DNA of 64,000 nucleotides from an uncultured Candidatus Saccharibacteria bacterium (GTDB lineage: Bacteria > Patescibacteriota > Dojkabacteria > SC72). The position numbers were made by a program, and so were the translations under genes. The stretch covers positions 10,943 to 74,942 of the forward strand of contig CAYOME010000001.1 in NCBI GenBank assembly GCA_964405015.1, in the 5' to 3' direction. Of the stretch, positions 46,865-56,098 are shown one piece after another. The notes under the pieces are model-generated. The model had not been told where the DNA came from, ran no database searches, and worked only from the letters and a program-made list of their open reading frames with translations. Positions within the stretch are counted from its first letter, which is position 1. The number at the start of each line of letters is the position of its first letter.

Positions 46865-47826
46865 TATACCTCAGTAGAATTACCACAACTCTTACCCTGT
46901 TTTAGATATCCAAATATTGAATTAGCAGCAATAGAGCCTTCTGAAGCTGCAGTAACAACCTGTCTAAACCTGTTAGAAGCACTAGTACAGTCCCCAGCAG
47001 CCCATACGCCATCTAAACTAGTACTCTGATCACTATTTACTTTTATATATTTCATCTCATCTAGTTCCAATCCCAAACTATTAGCTAAATCAACATTAGG
47101 AACAGAACCAATTTCAACAAATACACCATCAGTATCTATATATTCTGACCCGTTATACTCTCTAGAAAGTTTAACTCTTTCTAATTTACTTTCACCTTCT
47201 AAACCAACTAAAACAGTAGTATATATTATTTCAATATTATTTTTTCCTTCAACCTGTTCAATCCACATAGGTTCACCCTTAAGTTCAGTACCTCTGTATA
47301 TTAAATACACCTTCTTAGCAATATCAGAAAGCATAGAGGCAGCCATAGTGGCAGCATTACTACCACCAACTACAACAACTGTCTTATCTCTATAAAACAT
47401 TGCATCACATGTAGCACAGTATGAAACACCCTTACCCAAGAACTTCTCTTCATCCTTAAGATTTAATTTGTTCCTGTTTGTACCAATACCCAATATTACA
47501 GTCTTTGAAAAAAATTCTTTGTTAGAATCTGATGTTAATTTAAAAATATCACTCTCTTTTTTTATTGACACAATATGTTCAGAAGAATATTCACCCCCAA
47601 GCTCTTTAGCTTGTTCATAGAATTTCATACCCAAATCTAAACCAGAAATATCTGATACACCCGGATAGTTACAAACCTTATGTGCTTCAGAGATAGTTCC
47701 ACCAAGTAATCTACCAAAAACAATATTACTTAACCTATATCTGCTAGCATATATACTTGCAGAAAAACCAGCAGGACCACTACCGATAATGGCAATATCG
47801 TATATCTTGTTACTTGTATCAGGCAT
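46861..47826 (-). CDS. trxB: thioredoxin reductase
   Basis: YDIAIIGSGPAGFSASIYASR FAD site, CATCD redox-active disulfide and VVVVGGSNAA NADPH site. Confidence 0.9.
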   Translation of the reverse strand: MPDTSNKIYDIAIIGSGPAGFSASIYASRYRLSNIVFGRLLGGTISEAHKVCNYPGVSDISGLDLGMKFYEQAKELGGEYSSEHIVSIKKESDIFKLTSDSNKEFFSKTVILGIGTNRNKLNLKDEEKFLGKGVSYCATCDAMFYRDKTVVVVGGSNAATMAASMLSDIAKKVYLIYRGTELKGEPMWIEQVEGKNNIEIIYTTVLVGLEGESKLERVKLSREYNGSEYIDTDGVFVEIGSVPNVDLANSLGLELDEMKYIKVNSDQSTSLDGVWAAGDCTSASNRFRQVVTAASEGSIAANSIFGYLKQGKSCGNSTEVY

Positions 47827-47925
47827 ATTAGTTAGACACTCAAATTATCTTCACATATTGTATCACACATTTGGTCAATTCTTTGAATATTTGATATCAT
47901 CTGAGAAACATATTACATTGCCCAT

Positions 47926-48849
47926 ATGACAAAAGAAAAAGTATATATAGTAGGACATACAAAACCAGATCTAGATTCAATAGCCAGTGCATTCGCATAT
48001 CAGGTATATATGAACTCGCAAGGTTTCTTTAATTACTATGCAATTCGTTGTGAAGATGTAAATCCATTAACAAAATGGATATTTGAGATATTTGAAACAC
48101 GATTACCTGAATATATTCCAGATGTATCAGGTATGAATCTTGTTTTAGTAGATCATACATATCCAGAAAGTAGACCAAAAGGTTGGGAAAGTTCCAATAT
48201 TATTGAAGTAATTGACCATCATGATGTTAAATTAGAAGACCTTATTCCAGAAAAGATTTTAATTAGAGAGTGTGGTTCTACAGCCAGTTTAATTGCAGAA
48301 TTAATAGTGAATTCTGGTATTGATATACCAAAGAATGTTGCAGGTATATTAGTTAGTGCAATAATTGATGATACTCTTAATCTTGAATCTCCTACAACAA
48401 CATCACTTGATATAGATATGTTGTATACGTTAGTTGATTTGAGTGGGATAAAGGATTTAGATCAGTTTGTAGAGGATATTTTTAACAAAAAGGATAACTG
48501 GGCTAATATGATTCCTAAGGATATTTTAGCTATGGATATGAAAGAGATTGATTTTAATGGCAATCGAGTAGTTATTAGTCAAATTGAAACTAGGGATGGT
48601 TCTAGTATTAATATTGATTCTTTGATTGATGAGATGAGGAATCAGGATATTTCTAATCCTATTGGTTTAAGATTAGCGATGGTTACTGATATTTTAAAGA
48701 GTGAGTGTAAGCTATTAGTTGTTGGTAAGGATTTAAAACTTTTTGAAGATCGAATAGGGGAGAATATTGTAAACAATATTTTGGTTCTTTCTAATGTTGT
48801 TAGTAGAAAGAAACAGATATTGCCTATAATTAAGGGGATGTATGAATAG
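47926..48849 (+). CDS. DHH/DHHA2-family phosphoesterase (probable Mn-dependent family II inorganic pyrophosphatase)
   Basis: VYIVGHTKPDLDSIASAFAYQVYM, LVDHT and VIDHHD (DHH motifs), with a C-terminal DHHA2-like domain. Confidence 0.65.
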   Translation: MTKEKVYIVGHTKPDLDSIASAFAYQVYMNSQGFFNYYAIRCEDVNPLTKWIFEIFETRLPEYIPDVSGMNLVLVDHTYPESRPKGWESSNIIEVIDHHDVKLEDLIPEKILIRECGSTASLIAELIVNSGIDIPKNVAGILVSAIIDDTLNLESPTTTSLDIDMLYTLVDLSGIKDLDQFVEDIFNKKDNWANMIPKDILAMDMKEIDFNGNRVVISQIETRDGSSINIDSLIDEMRNQDISNPIGLRLAMVTDILKSECKLLVVGKDLKLFEDRIGENIVNNILVLSNVVSRKKQILPIIKGMYE

Positions 48850-48856
48850 GGAATGT

Positions 48857-48911
48857 GAGAAGGGTCTCTTGGGTATAGCATAAAGCTAATACGGATCAAG
48901 AGACCCTTCTC
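48857..48911. other. perfect 15-bp inverted repeat with 25-nt loop, immediately 3' of the DHH gene
   Basis: GAGAAGGGTCTCTTG (48857-48871) ... CAAGAGACCCTTCTC (48897-48911). No flanking T-run. Confidence 0.6.
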
Positions 48912-48931
48912 TCTAAAGAGGACAATATGGG

Positions 48932-48962
48932 GGCGGGTTTACCCCAGGTTCGGGGAACCCGC
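48932..48962. other. GC-rich nested hairpin (local GC far above surroundings), possible small structured RNA
   Basis: GCGGGTT-ta-CCCC-aggttc-GGGG-AACCCGC with 11 consecutive base pairs. No adjacent U-tract on either strand. It is inside the doubtful 78-aa track ORF 48896..49132. Confidence 0.5.
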
Positions 48963-49070
48963 AGCTGACTGCCATTACAGCAATCACACACAATACAAAA
49001 AAAATTCCGATTCCGATTATAACCAGACAACCAGAAATTTTCATCTCTTTTTCTCCTTTTATTGATTTTT

Positions 49071-49120
49071 ATACCAACATACAAACATCCATATAGATAT
49101 AAATATCTATATGTTGGTAT
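49071..49120. repeat. long AT-rich imperfect palindrome
   Basis: ATACCAACAT-acaaacatcc-ATATAGATAT-aa-ATATCTATAT(overlap)GTTGGTAT. The outer and inner 10-mers are exact reverse complements; the left arm carries a 10-nt insertion. Confidence 0.5.
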
Positions 49121-49242
49121 AAATGAACCCACATTGTCCTTATTAATGAGCAGTTATTCAATTCAGTATTAAAACTAGAAAAGAATAATTAGGTATTAAA
49201 ACCTAATATATTATACCATATTACTATAGGGCTATAAATATG

Positions 49243-50013
49243 CTATACCTTTGTCTTCCAATCTAAGGTATCAGTAAGAATATCAGGAGAATCCTTTCTA
49301 ACAACAACCATATACTCAAACATAACAGAATTACCACCATTTTTTGTCTTAGCAGACCACCCATCCTTATCTATCTTCACTTCCCCAGTATCATCAACAA
49401 CCTGACACTCAATACAAAGAACCATACCATCAACTAAGAGAGGACCCTTTCCTTTATTTCCATATGCTGGAACATCTGGAGAATCATGCAATGTCTTACC
49501 AATACCATGACCAACAAACATACGCATAACATTAAAGCCATTTTTCTTTGCAACACTCTCCATATTATGACCCAAATCACCGACATGATTACCAACTATT
49601 GCAAGTGGAAGAGTACTCTCTACAGCCTCTCTACCAGCCCTTAGAAGCTTCTCATTGGTAGCATTTGGATTACCAATACTCCAAGTCCAACAATGATCTG
49701 TAAACAACCCCTTATGAATAATCCCAAAATCTATTGAAACAAGATCTCCTTGTTTAAAAGGTATATCTGTAGGAATACCATGAACAGCAACATCGTTAAC
49801 TGAAATACAAGTATTGTATTTATAACCATTTACACCTAAAAAAGATGGGGAAACATGATTAGCTTTGCACAGTTCACCAGCTATAACATCTATCTCAAAA
49901 GGAGTAACACCAACCTCAATACGATTACCCAATTCCTTCAAAATACCAACAGAAATCTCTGCAGCCTCCCTCAACAACATCTCATCTTTTGCTCTATTCA
50001 ATACCATGCCCAC
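49243..50013 (-). CDS. map: methionine aminopeptidase type I
   Basis: Pita-bread fold motifs (DLVSIDFG, HCWTWSIG, HGIGKTLH, MFEYMVVV). GTG start at 50013. Confidence 0.9.
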   Translation of the reverse strand: MGMVLNRAKDEMLLREAAEISVGILKELGNRIEVGVTPFEIDVIAGELCKANHVSPSFLGVNGYKYNTCISVNDVAVHGIPTDIPFKQGDLVSIDFGIIHKGLFTDHCWTWSIGNPNATNEKLLRAGREAVESTLPLAIVGNHVGDLGHNMESVAKKNGFNVMRMFVGHGIGKTLHDSPDVPAYGNKGKGPLLVDGMVLCIECQVVDDTGEVKIDKDGWSAKTKNGGNSVMFEYMVVVRKDSPDILTDTLDWKTKV

Positions 50014-50021
50014 ATTATACA

Positions 50022-50594
50022 GGTAGACCCTAGTCTAATAAAGTGGTGATATTTCAAGGGAAGTTCATAGACCTGGGGTATGATATTGATATGTCCAGAC
50101 CAAGAAATTTTCAAAGTGGATTTCCATATCATATTGTCTCAAGGGGTAATCAAAGAGAGGATATCTTCAAAGAAATTAGAGATTATAAATATTTTACAAA
50201 GTTGCTGATGAAATATTCCTCAGTACATGATATCGCAATTTTTTCTTACTGCCTTATGCCTAATCACTACCATTTGTTAGTTTGTAGTATTGATACAGCC
50301 TCGATTTCAAAATTTATGCATATTGTGAATTGTGCATATGCAGAACATATGAAGAGAAAATATGGATGGGTAGGGCATGTTTTTCAAAGTAGGTTTAGGG
50401 CCTACAAAATAGGTGATTTCGTATATTTTGAAACAATCCTAAGATACATAAAAAGGAATCCTGTCAAAGCGGGTTTAGCATTGAAAATCGGAGAATACAA
50501 ATGGCAATATACCAATTCAAAGTTAGTAAGGAAAATGTCCCAGGTCTATAAACTAATGTCTTAGCTATGCAAAAAGTATAGACTAGGGTCTACC
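50022..50594 (+). mobile_element. compact RAYT/IS200-like HUH (Y1) transposase element flanked by 16-bp perfect inverted repeats (REPtron-like)
   Basis: Left end GGTAGACCCTAGTCTA (50022-50037). Right end TAGACTAGGGTCTACC (50579-50594), its exact reverse complement. Each end can also form a TAGAC-ccta-GTCTA mini-hairpin. It contains a single ORF. Confidence 0.7.
50091..50564 (+). CDS. tnpA: REP-associated tyrosine (HUH/Y1) transposase, IS200/RAYT family
   Basis: MSRPRNFQSGFPYHIVSRGNQREDIF...YCLMPNHYHLLV (HuH motif)...YIKRNPVKAGL (catalytic Tyr-x-x-NP). The track ORF begins at a GTG at 50043; the first ATG is at 50091. Confidence 0.8.
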   Translation: MSRPRNFQSGFPYHIVSRGNQREDIFKEIRDYKYFTKLLMKYSSVHDIAIFSYCLMPNHYHLLVCSIDTASISKFMHIVNCAYAEHMKRKYGWVGHVFQSRFRAYKIGDFVYFETILRYIKRNPVKAGLALKIGEYKWQYTNSKLVRKMSQVYKLMS

Positions 50595-51753
50595 CGATGA
50601 TGTAGAGTTCTTCTTCGGCTCTGGTTATGGCAGTATATAGCCATCTGCGGAAGTTGTCGTCGTCCATTTTGGGGAATCTTTCTTCGAATACAACAACTCT
50701 TTTAGCTTGGCTGCCTTGAGCTTTGTGAACGGTTAATGCATATCCAAAGTCAAAATAGTTAAGTTCTGGCATCTTTTTATCTATTAACTCTATAGAATTG
50801 AATTGCTCAATAGAGATTTTCCCCCAGAATGGCAAATCTTCATAATCTAAAGCAATTTCGGCTTCGTAATATTCAAGAGAATCCGCTCCCTTACGAGAGA
50901 TATCCAAAATCGTGCCAGTCATACCATTGAAAATATCTACAATTCTATTATTTTTTAAACATATAACTCGATCACCAATTTGAGGATTACTAGTCTCAAA
51001 ATGTAAACTTCTGATTGCTTTGTTAAGATTAACTCTAGTTTTGTTATAGCCACATAACACCATTGTTTCATCATTGAAAGATGCAAAAATATCTCTTAAT
51101 GTATCCTGTGTGTCTGGTTCAACCTTGTTTATCTTTTTTACAGTTCTAGAGAATTCTTCAAAAGGTATATTACCGTATTTTCTTGCAATCTCAGAAACTT
51201 TAATGATTGGATTCTGAGCCTCCTGTCTATATATCTCTTCTAAAGTAAGATCAGGTTTCCCCATCAAATTAAAATTACTGTTAATTGGAGGTAATTGGCC
51301 ATGGTCACCGACTGCAAGAATAGGGACATTAAAACTTAGCAAATCATTCCAAATATCTTCTGTTACCATAGAGGCTTCATCGACAACTATTAGATCATAT
51401 TTAAAATCCTCCAAAGGAATTTTTTCCCACCCAAGTATATTATCGTCATCATCAACAATCGCTCTATATATTAATCTATGAATAGTACCATTAAAGTCAG
51501 TATTTCGAATTGATTTACTCTCCACTAATTTCCTATTCAAAACTCTTGCGGCTTTCCCAGTAAAACTACAATATGCAATCTTTATTTTTTTATTATCATT
51601 ATGCAGATATTCACTTAAATATCCAAGTAAAGTAGTTTTACCTGTTCCAGCATATCCACCTAGTGTGATATACTGACATTTAGACGATCTAAACCAATCT
51701 AATATATTATCAGTGACTTTTAATTGTGTTTTCGAGAGTTCAAAATTTTTCAT
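50590..51753 (-). CDS. RecD/PIF1-like ATP-dependent DNA helicase (short, 387 aa)
   Basis: ITLGGYAGTGKTTLLGYL (Walker A), VVDEASMV (Walker B), VGDHGQLPPI and C-terminal LTVHKAQGSQAKRVVVF...YTAITRAEEELYIIG. The stop codon lies inside the right inverted repeat of the RAYT element. Confidence 0.7.
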   Translation of the reverse strand: MKNFELSKTQLKVTDNILDWFRSSKCQYITLGGYAGTGKTTLLGYLSEYLHNDNKKIKIAYCSFTGKAARVLNRKLVESKSIRNTDFNGTIHRLIYRAIVDDDDNILGWEKIPLEDFKYDLIVVDEASMVTEDIWNDLLSFNVPILAVGDHGQLPPINSNFNLMGKPDLTLEEIYRQEAQNPIIKVSEIARKYGNIPFEEFSRTVKKINKVEPDTQDTLRDIFASFNDETMVLCGYNKTRVNLNKAIRSLHFETSNPQIGDRVICLKNNRIVDIFNGMTGTILDISRKGADSLEYYEAEIALDYEDLPFWGKISIEQFNSIELIDKKMPELNYFDFGYALTVHKAQGSQAKRVVVFEERFPKMDDDNFRRWLYTAITRAEEELYIIG

Positions 51754-51791
51754 AAAATGTTTTTGTAGCTAATAGGATATATAATATTACA

Positions 51792-53237
51792 ATGTTAAGA
51801 CCAATGGAAAAAATATTTAAAAGTGTTCTCTTTTTAATACTTCTTACTATTCCTTTTTTGTCAATTACTAAAATATATGCACAAGAAGAGGTAGTACAAA
51901 GCAGTAACAAATACGCAATATATTTTGGAGGAATCGGGTGTCCTCACTGTGCAAAGGTTTCACCAGTATTGATTAAGAAGGTAAACGAGGGTGGATTTGT
52001 TTTTGTTGAATATGAGATTTACAAGAATCTTGCAAATTCCCAGGCTCTCTCTTCGTATTCAGATAAATATGATTTAAGTCTTGGAATTCCACAGATAATG
52101 TTTAATCCTGATAGCAAGGAATCTGGTGATACTCCAATATTGGGGAAATTAGATGAAATGATATTAAGCGCTAAGCCAGATGTAATTTTTCTTTCTAATG
52201 GTAAAGAGATTCCTTTTAATGATTTAAAGTTGAATGATTTAGAAAGATATCCAACATTTTATGCTAAGGATCGTGTAGCTATTAAAAAATCTTTAAAGAC
52301 TCTTTCTACTGAGGAGAATGAGCAGATTAAACAGTTTATCTCTGCAAGTACGATTACAGAAGCTATTGCCAATTTAAATGGTAAAAAAGCTAAACCAACG
52401 AAGATTGAATATTCGGGAGGTTCTTTGGTATTTGAAAATGCTATTGAAATAAATGGTTGGTTACTTCAGTGGAATGGGGAAGAAATTAATTCTAATGGTT
52501 CAGGTACTGGTGATTCTGGTGAAAATAGTGATACTCAAACAGAAGGAGTCTCTGTATGGAAGACAATATTGCTGGGGTTAGCAGATTCTGTAAATCCTTG
52601 TGCAATATCAGTTTTAGCTTTAATGTTAATAGCTATTGTTACTTACAACCCTGGCGATAGGAAACAGATATTATTTGCAGGTCTATCATTTGTTTTAGCT
52701 GTCATAGTTATGTATTTGTTGTATGGATATTTAATAATTACAGCATTTCAATTTATACAATCAATTGCTTCCATAAAATTGTATATATACAAAGCATTGG
52801 GAATAGGAGCTATAGTTTTGGGGTTACTTGAATTAAAGGATTACTTTAAATACAAACCAGGAAGTATTGGAACAGAAATGCCTCTATTTTTGAGACCGAA
52901 GGTAAATGAAATAATATCAAAAGTAACTTCTCCAATTGGAGCATTCAGTATGGGTTTGTTTGTAACACTATTCTTACTTCCATGTACAATTGGTCCATAC
53001 ATTATTCTCGGAGGTATGTTAGCTGATGGTGGTTTTGTAGCATCTATACCTATGTTACTTCTTTACAATATTGTATTTGTATCACCAATGATACTAGTTA
53101 CAATCCTTGTATATGTAGGTTCTAAGAAAGCAGAGGATGTAAAAGACTGGAAAGAGAAGAATGTAAGAAAAATGCACCTTATTGCAGGTGCATTAATGCT
53201 TCTGATTGGTCTTTTAATGGTACTTGGAGTTATTTAA
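51792..53237 (+). CDS. thioredoxin-like domain (CPHC) fused to DsbD/CcdA-type transmembrane thiol-disulfide transporter domain
   Basis: Signal/anchor, then YAIYFGGIGCPHCAKVSP (thioredoxin fold CxxC). The C-terminal half has 6 transmembrane helices; LGLADSVNPCAISVLALML and LLPCTIGPYI each carry a conserved Cys. Confidence 0.6.
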   Translation: MLRPMEKIFKSVLFLILLTIPFLSITKIYAQEEVVQSSNKYAIYFGGIGCPHCAKVSPVLIKKVNEGGFVFVEYEIYKNLANSQALSSYSDKYDLSLGIPQIMFNPDSKESGDTPILGKLDEMILSAKPDVIFLSNGKEIPFNDLKLNDLERYPTFYAKDRVAIKKSLKTLSTEENEQIKQFISASTITEAIANLNGKKAKPTKIEYSGGSLVFENAIEINGWLLQWNGEEINSNGSGTGDSGENSDTQTEGVSVWKTILLGLADSVNPCAISVLALMLIAIVTYNPGDRKQILFAGLSFVLAVIVMYLLYGYLIITAFQFIQSIASIKLYIYKALGIGAIVLGLLELKDYFKYKPGSIGTEMPLFLRPKVNEIISKVTSPIGAFSMGLFVTLFLLPCTIGPYIILGGMLADGGFVASIPMLLLYNIVFVSPMILVTILVYVGSKKAEDVKDWKEKNVRKMHLIAGALMLLIGLLMVLGVI

Positions 53238-53724
53238 TCTCCAATAGTTCGACCTTAAAATTCAAACCAGCATATGGTGGAATTACTCCTCCAGCTCCAT
53301 ATGATCCATATCCCATTTCTGAAGGAATTTTTAACAACCTTACTTCACCAACTTTCATACCCTTTACACCTTCTTCCCATCCTTGAATTACCATATTTTC
53401 ACCTAATTTGAATTCAAAAGGTTTGTTTCTGTCATATGAGCTATCAAATTTAGTTCCATCTATTAGTGTACCTTCGTAGTTAACTACAACAGTATCACCA
53501 ACAACTGCACTTGGACCATTACCTTCCTTTGATATTTCATATTCAAATTTTTCGTAATCGTTCAAAGCTTCTACCTCCTTTCCATTTGAGATTTTCTCCA
53601 TTTCATCATCTGTAAACGCATCTATTTCTCTATCTTTACCAACATATTGAAAAATTAAGATTGATACTACTGCAACAACAGGGATAGCTATAAACATAAA
53701 TTTAGCTCCTTGTGGTATTTCCAT
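53230..53724 (-). CDS. FKBP-type peptidyl-prolyl cis-trans isomerase, N-terminally anchored
   Basis: GDTVVVNYEGTLIDGTKFDSSYDRNKPFEFKLGENMVIQGWEEGVKGMKVGEVRLLKIPSEMGYGSYGAGGVIPPYAGLNFKVELLEI. Confidence 0.8.
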   Translation of the reverse strand: MEIPQGAKFMFIAIPVVAVVSILIFQYVGKDREIDAFTDDEMEKISNGKEVEALNDYEKFEYEISKEGNGPSAVVGDTVVVNYEGTLIDGTKFDSSYDRNKPFEFKLGENMVIQGWEEGVKGMKVGEVRLLKIPSEMGYGSYGAGGVIPPYAGLNFKVELLEIK

Positions 53725-53858
53725 GATTTAATATTTCTTTAAGTTATTTCTCTTTCGAATATATCAATATATTTTAAAAGCTACAACCCAATTAATTTGT
53801 CTATCAAATATTCATGTGCTACAATCAAACTCAATATTAAATTTTTACTGAACTGTCT

Positions 53859-54284
53859 GTGCCACTTCAGAAACAAATAATCCAAAATACCCTCGACTTT
53901 ATCAAAAATATAGAGCTAAGAACCTACAAGAAAGGTGAGCTATCTCCTCTTCAATTGAGAACGTTAGTATTCATAAGAGATAAAGGTTGTGTAAAATCTA
54001 GTGATTTAGCTAAACAATTCAATGTTACTCCTGCGACCATTACAGCCCAAATTGACAAATTAGTAGCAAATGGATGGTTAGAAAGATGTGATGATGGGAA
54101 TGATAGAAGAGTAATAAATATTACACTGACAAAGAAATCCCAAAAAGAAGTAGATACTTTAGTAGATCAAACTATAAAAAGATACGATTGGGTATTCAAT
54201 TCTTTAACAAAAGATGAGCAACAAACTTTTCTTAATCTTGTGATTAAGATTAATCAAAATGCTCGTAAATCTGAACAATATTAA
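53859..54284 (+). CDS. MarR-family transcriptional regulator
   Basis: LSPLQLRTLVFIRDKGCVKSSDLAKQFNVTPATITAQIDKLVANGWLERCDDGNDRRVINITLT is a winged HTH. GTG start. Confidence 0.75.
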   Translation: MPLQKQIIQNTLDFIKNIELRTYKKGELSPLQLRTLVFIRDKGCVKSSDLAKQFNVTPATITAQIDKLVANGWLERCDDGNDRRVINITLTKKSQKEVDTLVDQTIKRYDWVFNSLTKDEQQTFLNLVIKINQNARKSEQY

Positions 54285-54288
54285 GAAT

Positions 54289-55068
54289 ATGTCACACAAA
54301 CTACCACTGTATTTAGATACAGAAACTACAGATGTACAAAGTAAGGACTTACTTCAGATAGCTTTCATTACTGAAGATCCCAATATTTGGATGAATGTAT
54401 ATGTAAAACCAAGACAAGAGATATCTTTTGGGGCTATGGCTATACACAATATAACTCCAGAGGATGTTGAAGGTAGGGAGTATTTTGAAGATGCTTTGAT
54501 ACCAGAGGAAGGTAAAGATCCTGAATTTAAAGGTAATTCATTAAAAGAATATTTAGACTTTCTTGCAAAGAAGTATGTATTTGTTGCTCATAACTCTGAT
54601 TTTGATATAGAAGCATTAGGTAAAAAAGGTGTAACCATATTAGAGCCAATATGTACTTTGAAAGTATCTCGGAATGCTCTTACAACTGCCGAGGGAAGAG
54701 ATTTAGAAAGTTACAAGTTACAATACCTTCGATACTATTTAGGACTCTACAAAACAGAAGACAAAGAACATATAACTGCACATGATGCATTGAGTGATGT
54801 ATATTTCCTTAGAGATCTTTTTAGATATTTAAGGGATAATACAAAGTTAAGTATTGAAAATATGCAACTCATTACTAAACAACCTCAGATAATGAGAGAG
54901 ATGTCCTTTGGTAAATATATGGGTAAAACATTCGAAGAAATAGAGAGAACTGATAGAGAATATCTCGAATGGTTAGTTGATAGTATGAGTGATAAGCCTG
55001 ATTTACAATGGAATGCCAAAAGAGCACTGGATCAAGGATTAAGAAGTAGAACTCAATCTCTTTTCTAA
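54289..55068 (+). CDS. DEDDh 3'-5' exonuclease (DnaQ/epsilon-like) with ExoX-T C-terminal-like domain
   Basis: LYLDTETTD (Exo I), VAHNSDFDIEAL (Exo II) and HDALSDV (Exo III). C-terminal MSFGKYMGKTFEEIERTDREYLEWLVDS. Start set at the internal ATG to avoid a 26-nt overlap with marR. Confidence 0.7.
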   Translation: MSHKLPLYLDTETTDVQSKDLLQIAFITEDPNIWMNVYVKPRQEISFGAMAIHNITPEDVEGREYFEDALIPEEGKDPEFKGNSLKEYLDFLAKKYVFVAHNSDFDIEALGKKGVTILEPICTLKVSRNALTTAEGRDLESYKLQYLRYYLGLYKTEDKEHITAHDALSDVYFLRDLFRYLRDNTKLSIENMQLITKQPQIMREMSFGKYMGKTFEEIERTDREYLEWLVDSMSDKPDLQWNAKRALDQGLRSRTQSLF

Positions 55069-55992
55069 CTCATTTCTCAAAATTTCTAAGTCCTGTTCTC
55101 TGTATACAGAAATAACTATGAAATCCTTAAAGGACTTTTCTAGTTCCTCCTTTTTACTTTCTAAATCTTCCAAAGAGAGAATATCTGCCTTTGTAAAAAC
55201 AACAAACTCAGGTAACATATCCAAATTCTTAGAGATATCGGAAAACTCCTCTCGCATTGTATTGTATGCAGATACTAAATCATCATTCTCTAAACTAATA
55301 CAATGTACTAAAAGTTTAGAATATTTAGTATGTTTCAAAAATTCAGTTCCTAAACCCTTACCTAACGAAGTACCTTCAATTAAGCCAGGTAAATCCATAA
55401 GGATATATCTACCCATTACGGCCAACTGAGGATCTAATGTTGTGAATTCATATGAAGCGACCTTGTATTTTGCATTAGTTAAGGAATTAATGATGCTTGA
55501 TTTACCAGCATTAGGATATCCAAGAAATATAGCATCTGCCCTTAAGTTAAGCTCAAGTTTTAAAGATAAAGTACTACCTTTCTCAGCTCTCTTTCTAGAT
55601 AATTTACCATCCCAACCCTCACCACGAAGAGTAAAGTTTCCTAAACCACCAATACCACCATCCAATATCTTTACCCTCTGACCCTTCTGTGTAATCTTTA
55701 GAAGTTCTGTACCATCTTCACCCTTAACTATTGTAACCAATGGTACAAATACAGTTAGATCTGAGCCATCTTTTCCATTACTTTTCTTTTTTTCACCTCT
55801 TTTACCATTCTCAGCACGAAGTATAGCTAGTTTTTCTAAATGTGAAAGATCAAAAACATTCGTAGTACCTTCTAAATATACATCTCCACCTTTACCACCA
55901 TTACCACCATCTGCCTTCCTATTATTGTCAAAAGCAATAATTCCTTCTCCACCATTGCCTGATTGTAATTTTACCGTTGCATAATCTTTCAT
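55039..55992 (-). CDS. obg: GTPase Obg (no C-terminal TGS/OCT domain)
   Basis: Gly-rich Obg fold (SGNGGEGIIAFDNNRKADGGNGGKGGDVYL) and G domain GYPNAGKSSIINSL (G1), DLPGLIEG (G3), TKAD (G4). Confidence 0.85.
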   Translation of the reverse strand: MKDYATVKLQSGNGGEGIIAFDNNRKADGGNGGKGGDVYLEGTTNVFDLSHLEKLAILRAENGKRGEKKKSNGKDGSDLTVFVPLVTIVKGEDGTELLKITQKGQRVKILDGGIGGLGNFTLRGEGWDGKLSRKRAEKGSTLSLKLELNLRADAIFLGYPNAGKSSIINSLTNAKYKVASYEFTTLDPQLAVMGRYILMDLPGLIEGTSLGKGLGTEFLKHTKYSKLLVHCISLENDDLVSAYNTMREEFSDISKNLDMLPEFVVFTKADILSLEDLESKKEELEKSFKDFIVISVYREQDLEILRNELEKRLSSTS

Positions 55993-56098
55993 AACCTACA
56001 TTCTACATTAGAAAGGGCATTTTGTAACCTTTTGACAAGATATATTCATAATGATACTCTGATATATACATACTTTTTCTAAATTTTTCTAACAACGA

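Noticed and set aside
48896-49132. 78-aa ORF in the 390-bp spacer
   Set aside because: Its frame is assembled from the GC hairpin and the AT palindrome. The Cys/Arg-rich translation is what such structures give by chance.
50043-50090. Transposase start at GTG 50043 as in the ORF track
   Set aside because: RAYT proteins begin close to the conserved YH[IV]xxRG block. The ATG at 50091 (MSRPRNFQSGFPYHIV) gives the expected N-terminus, and the GTG extension would start inside the terminal repeat region.
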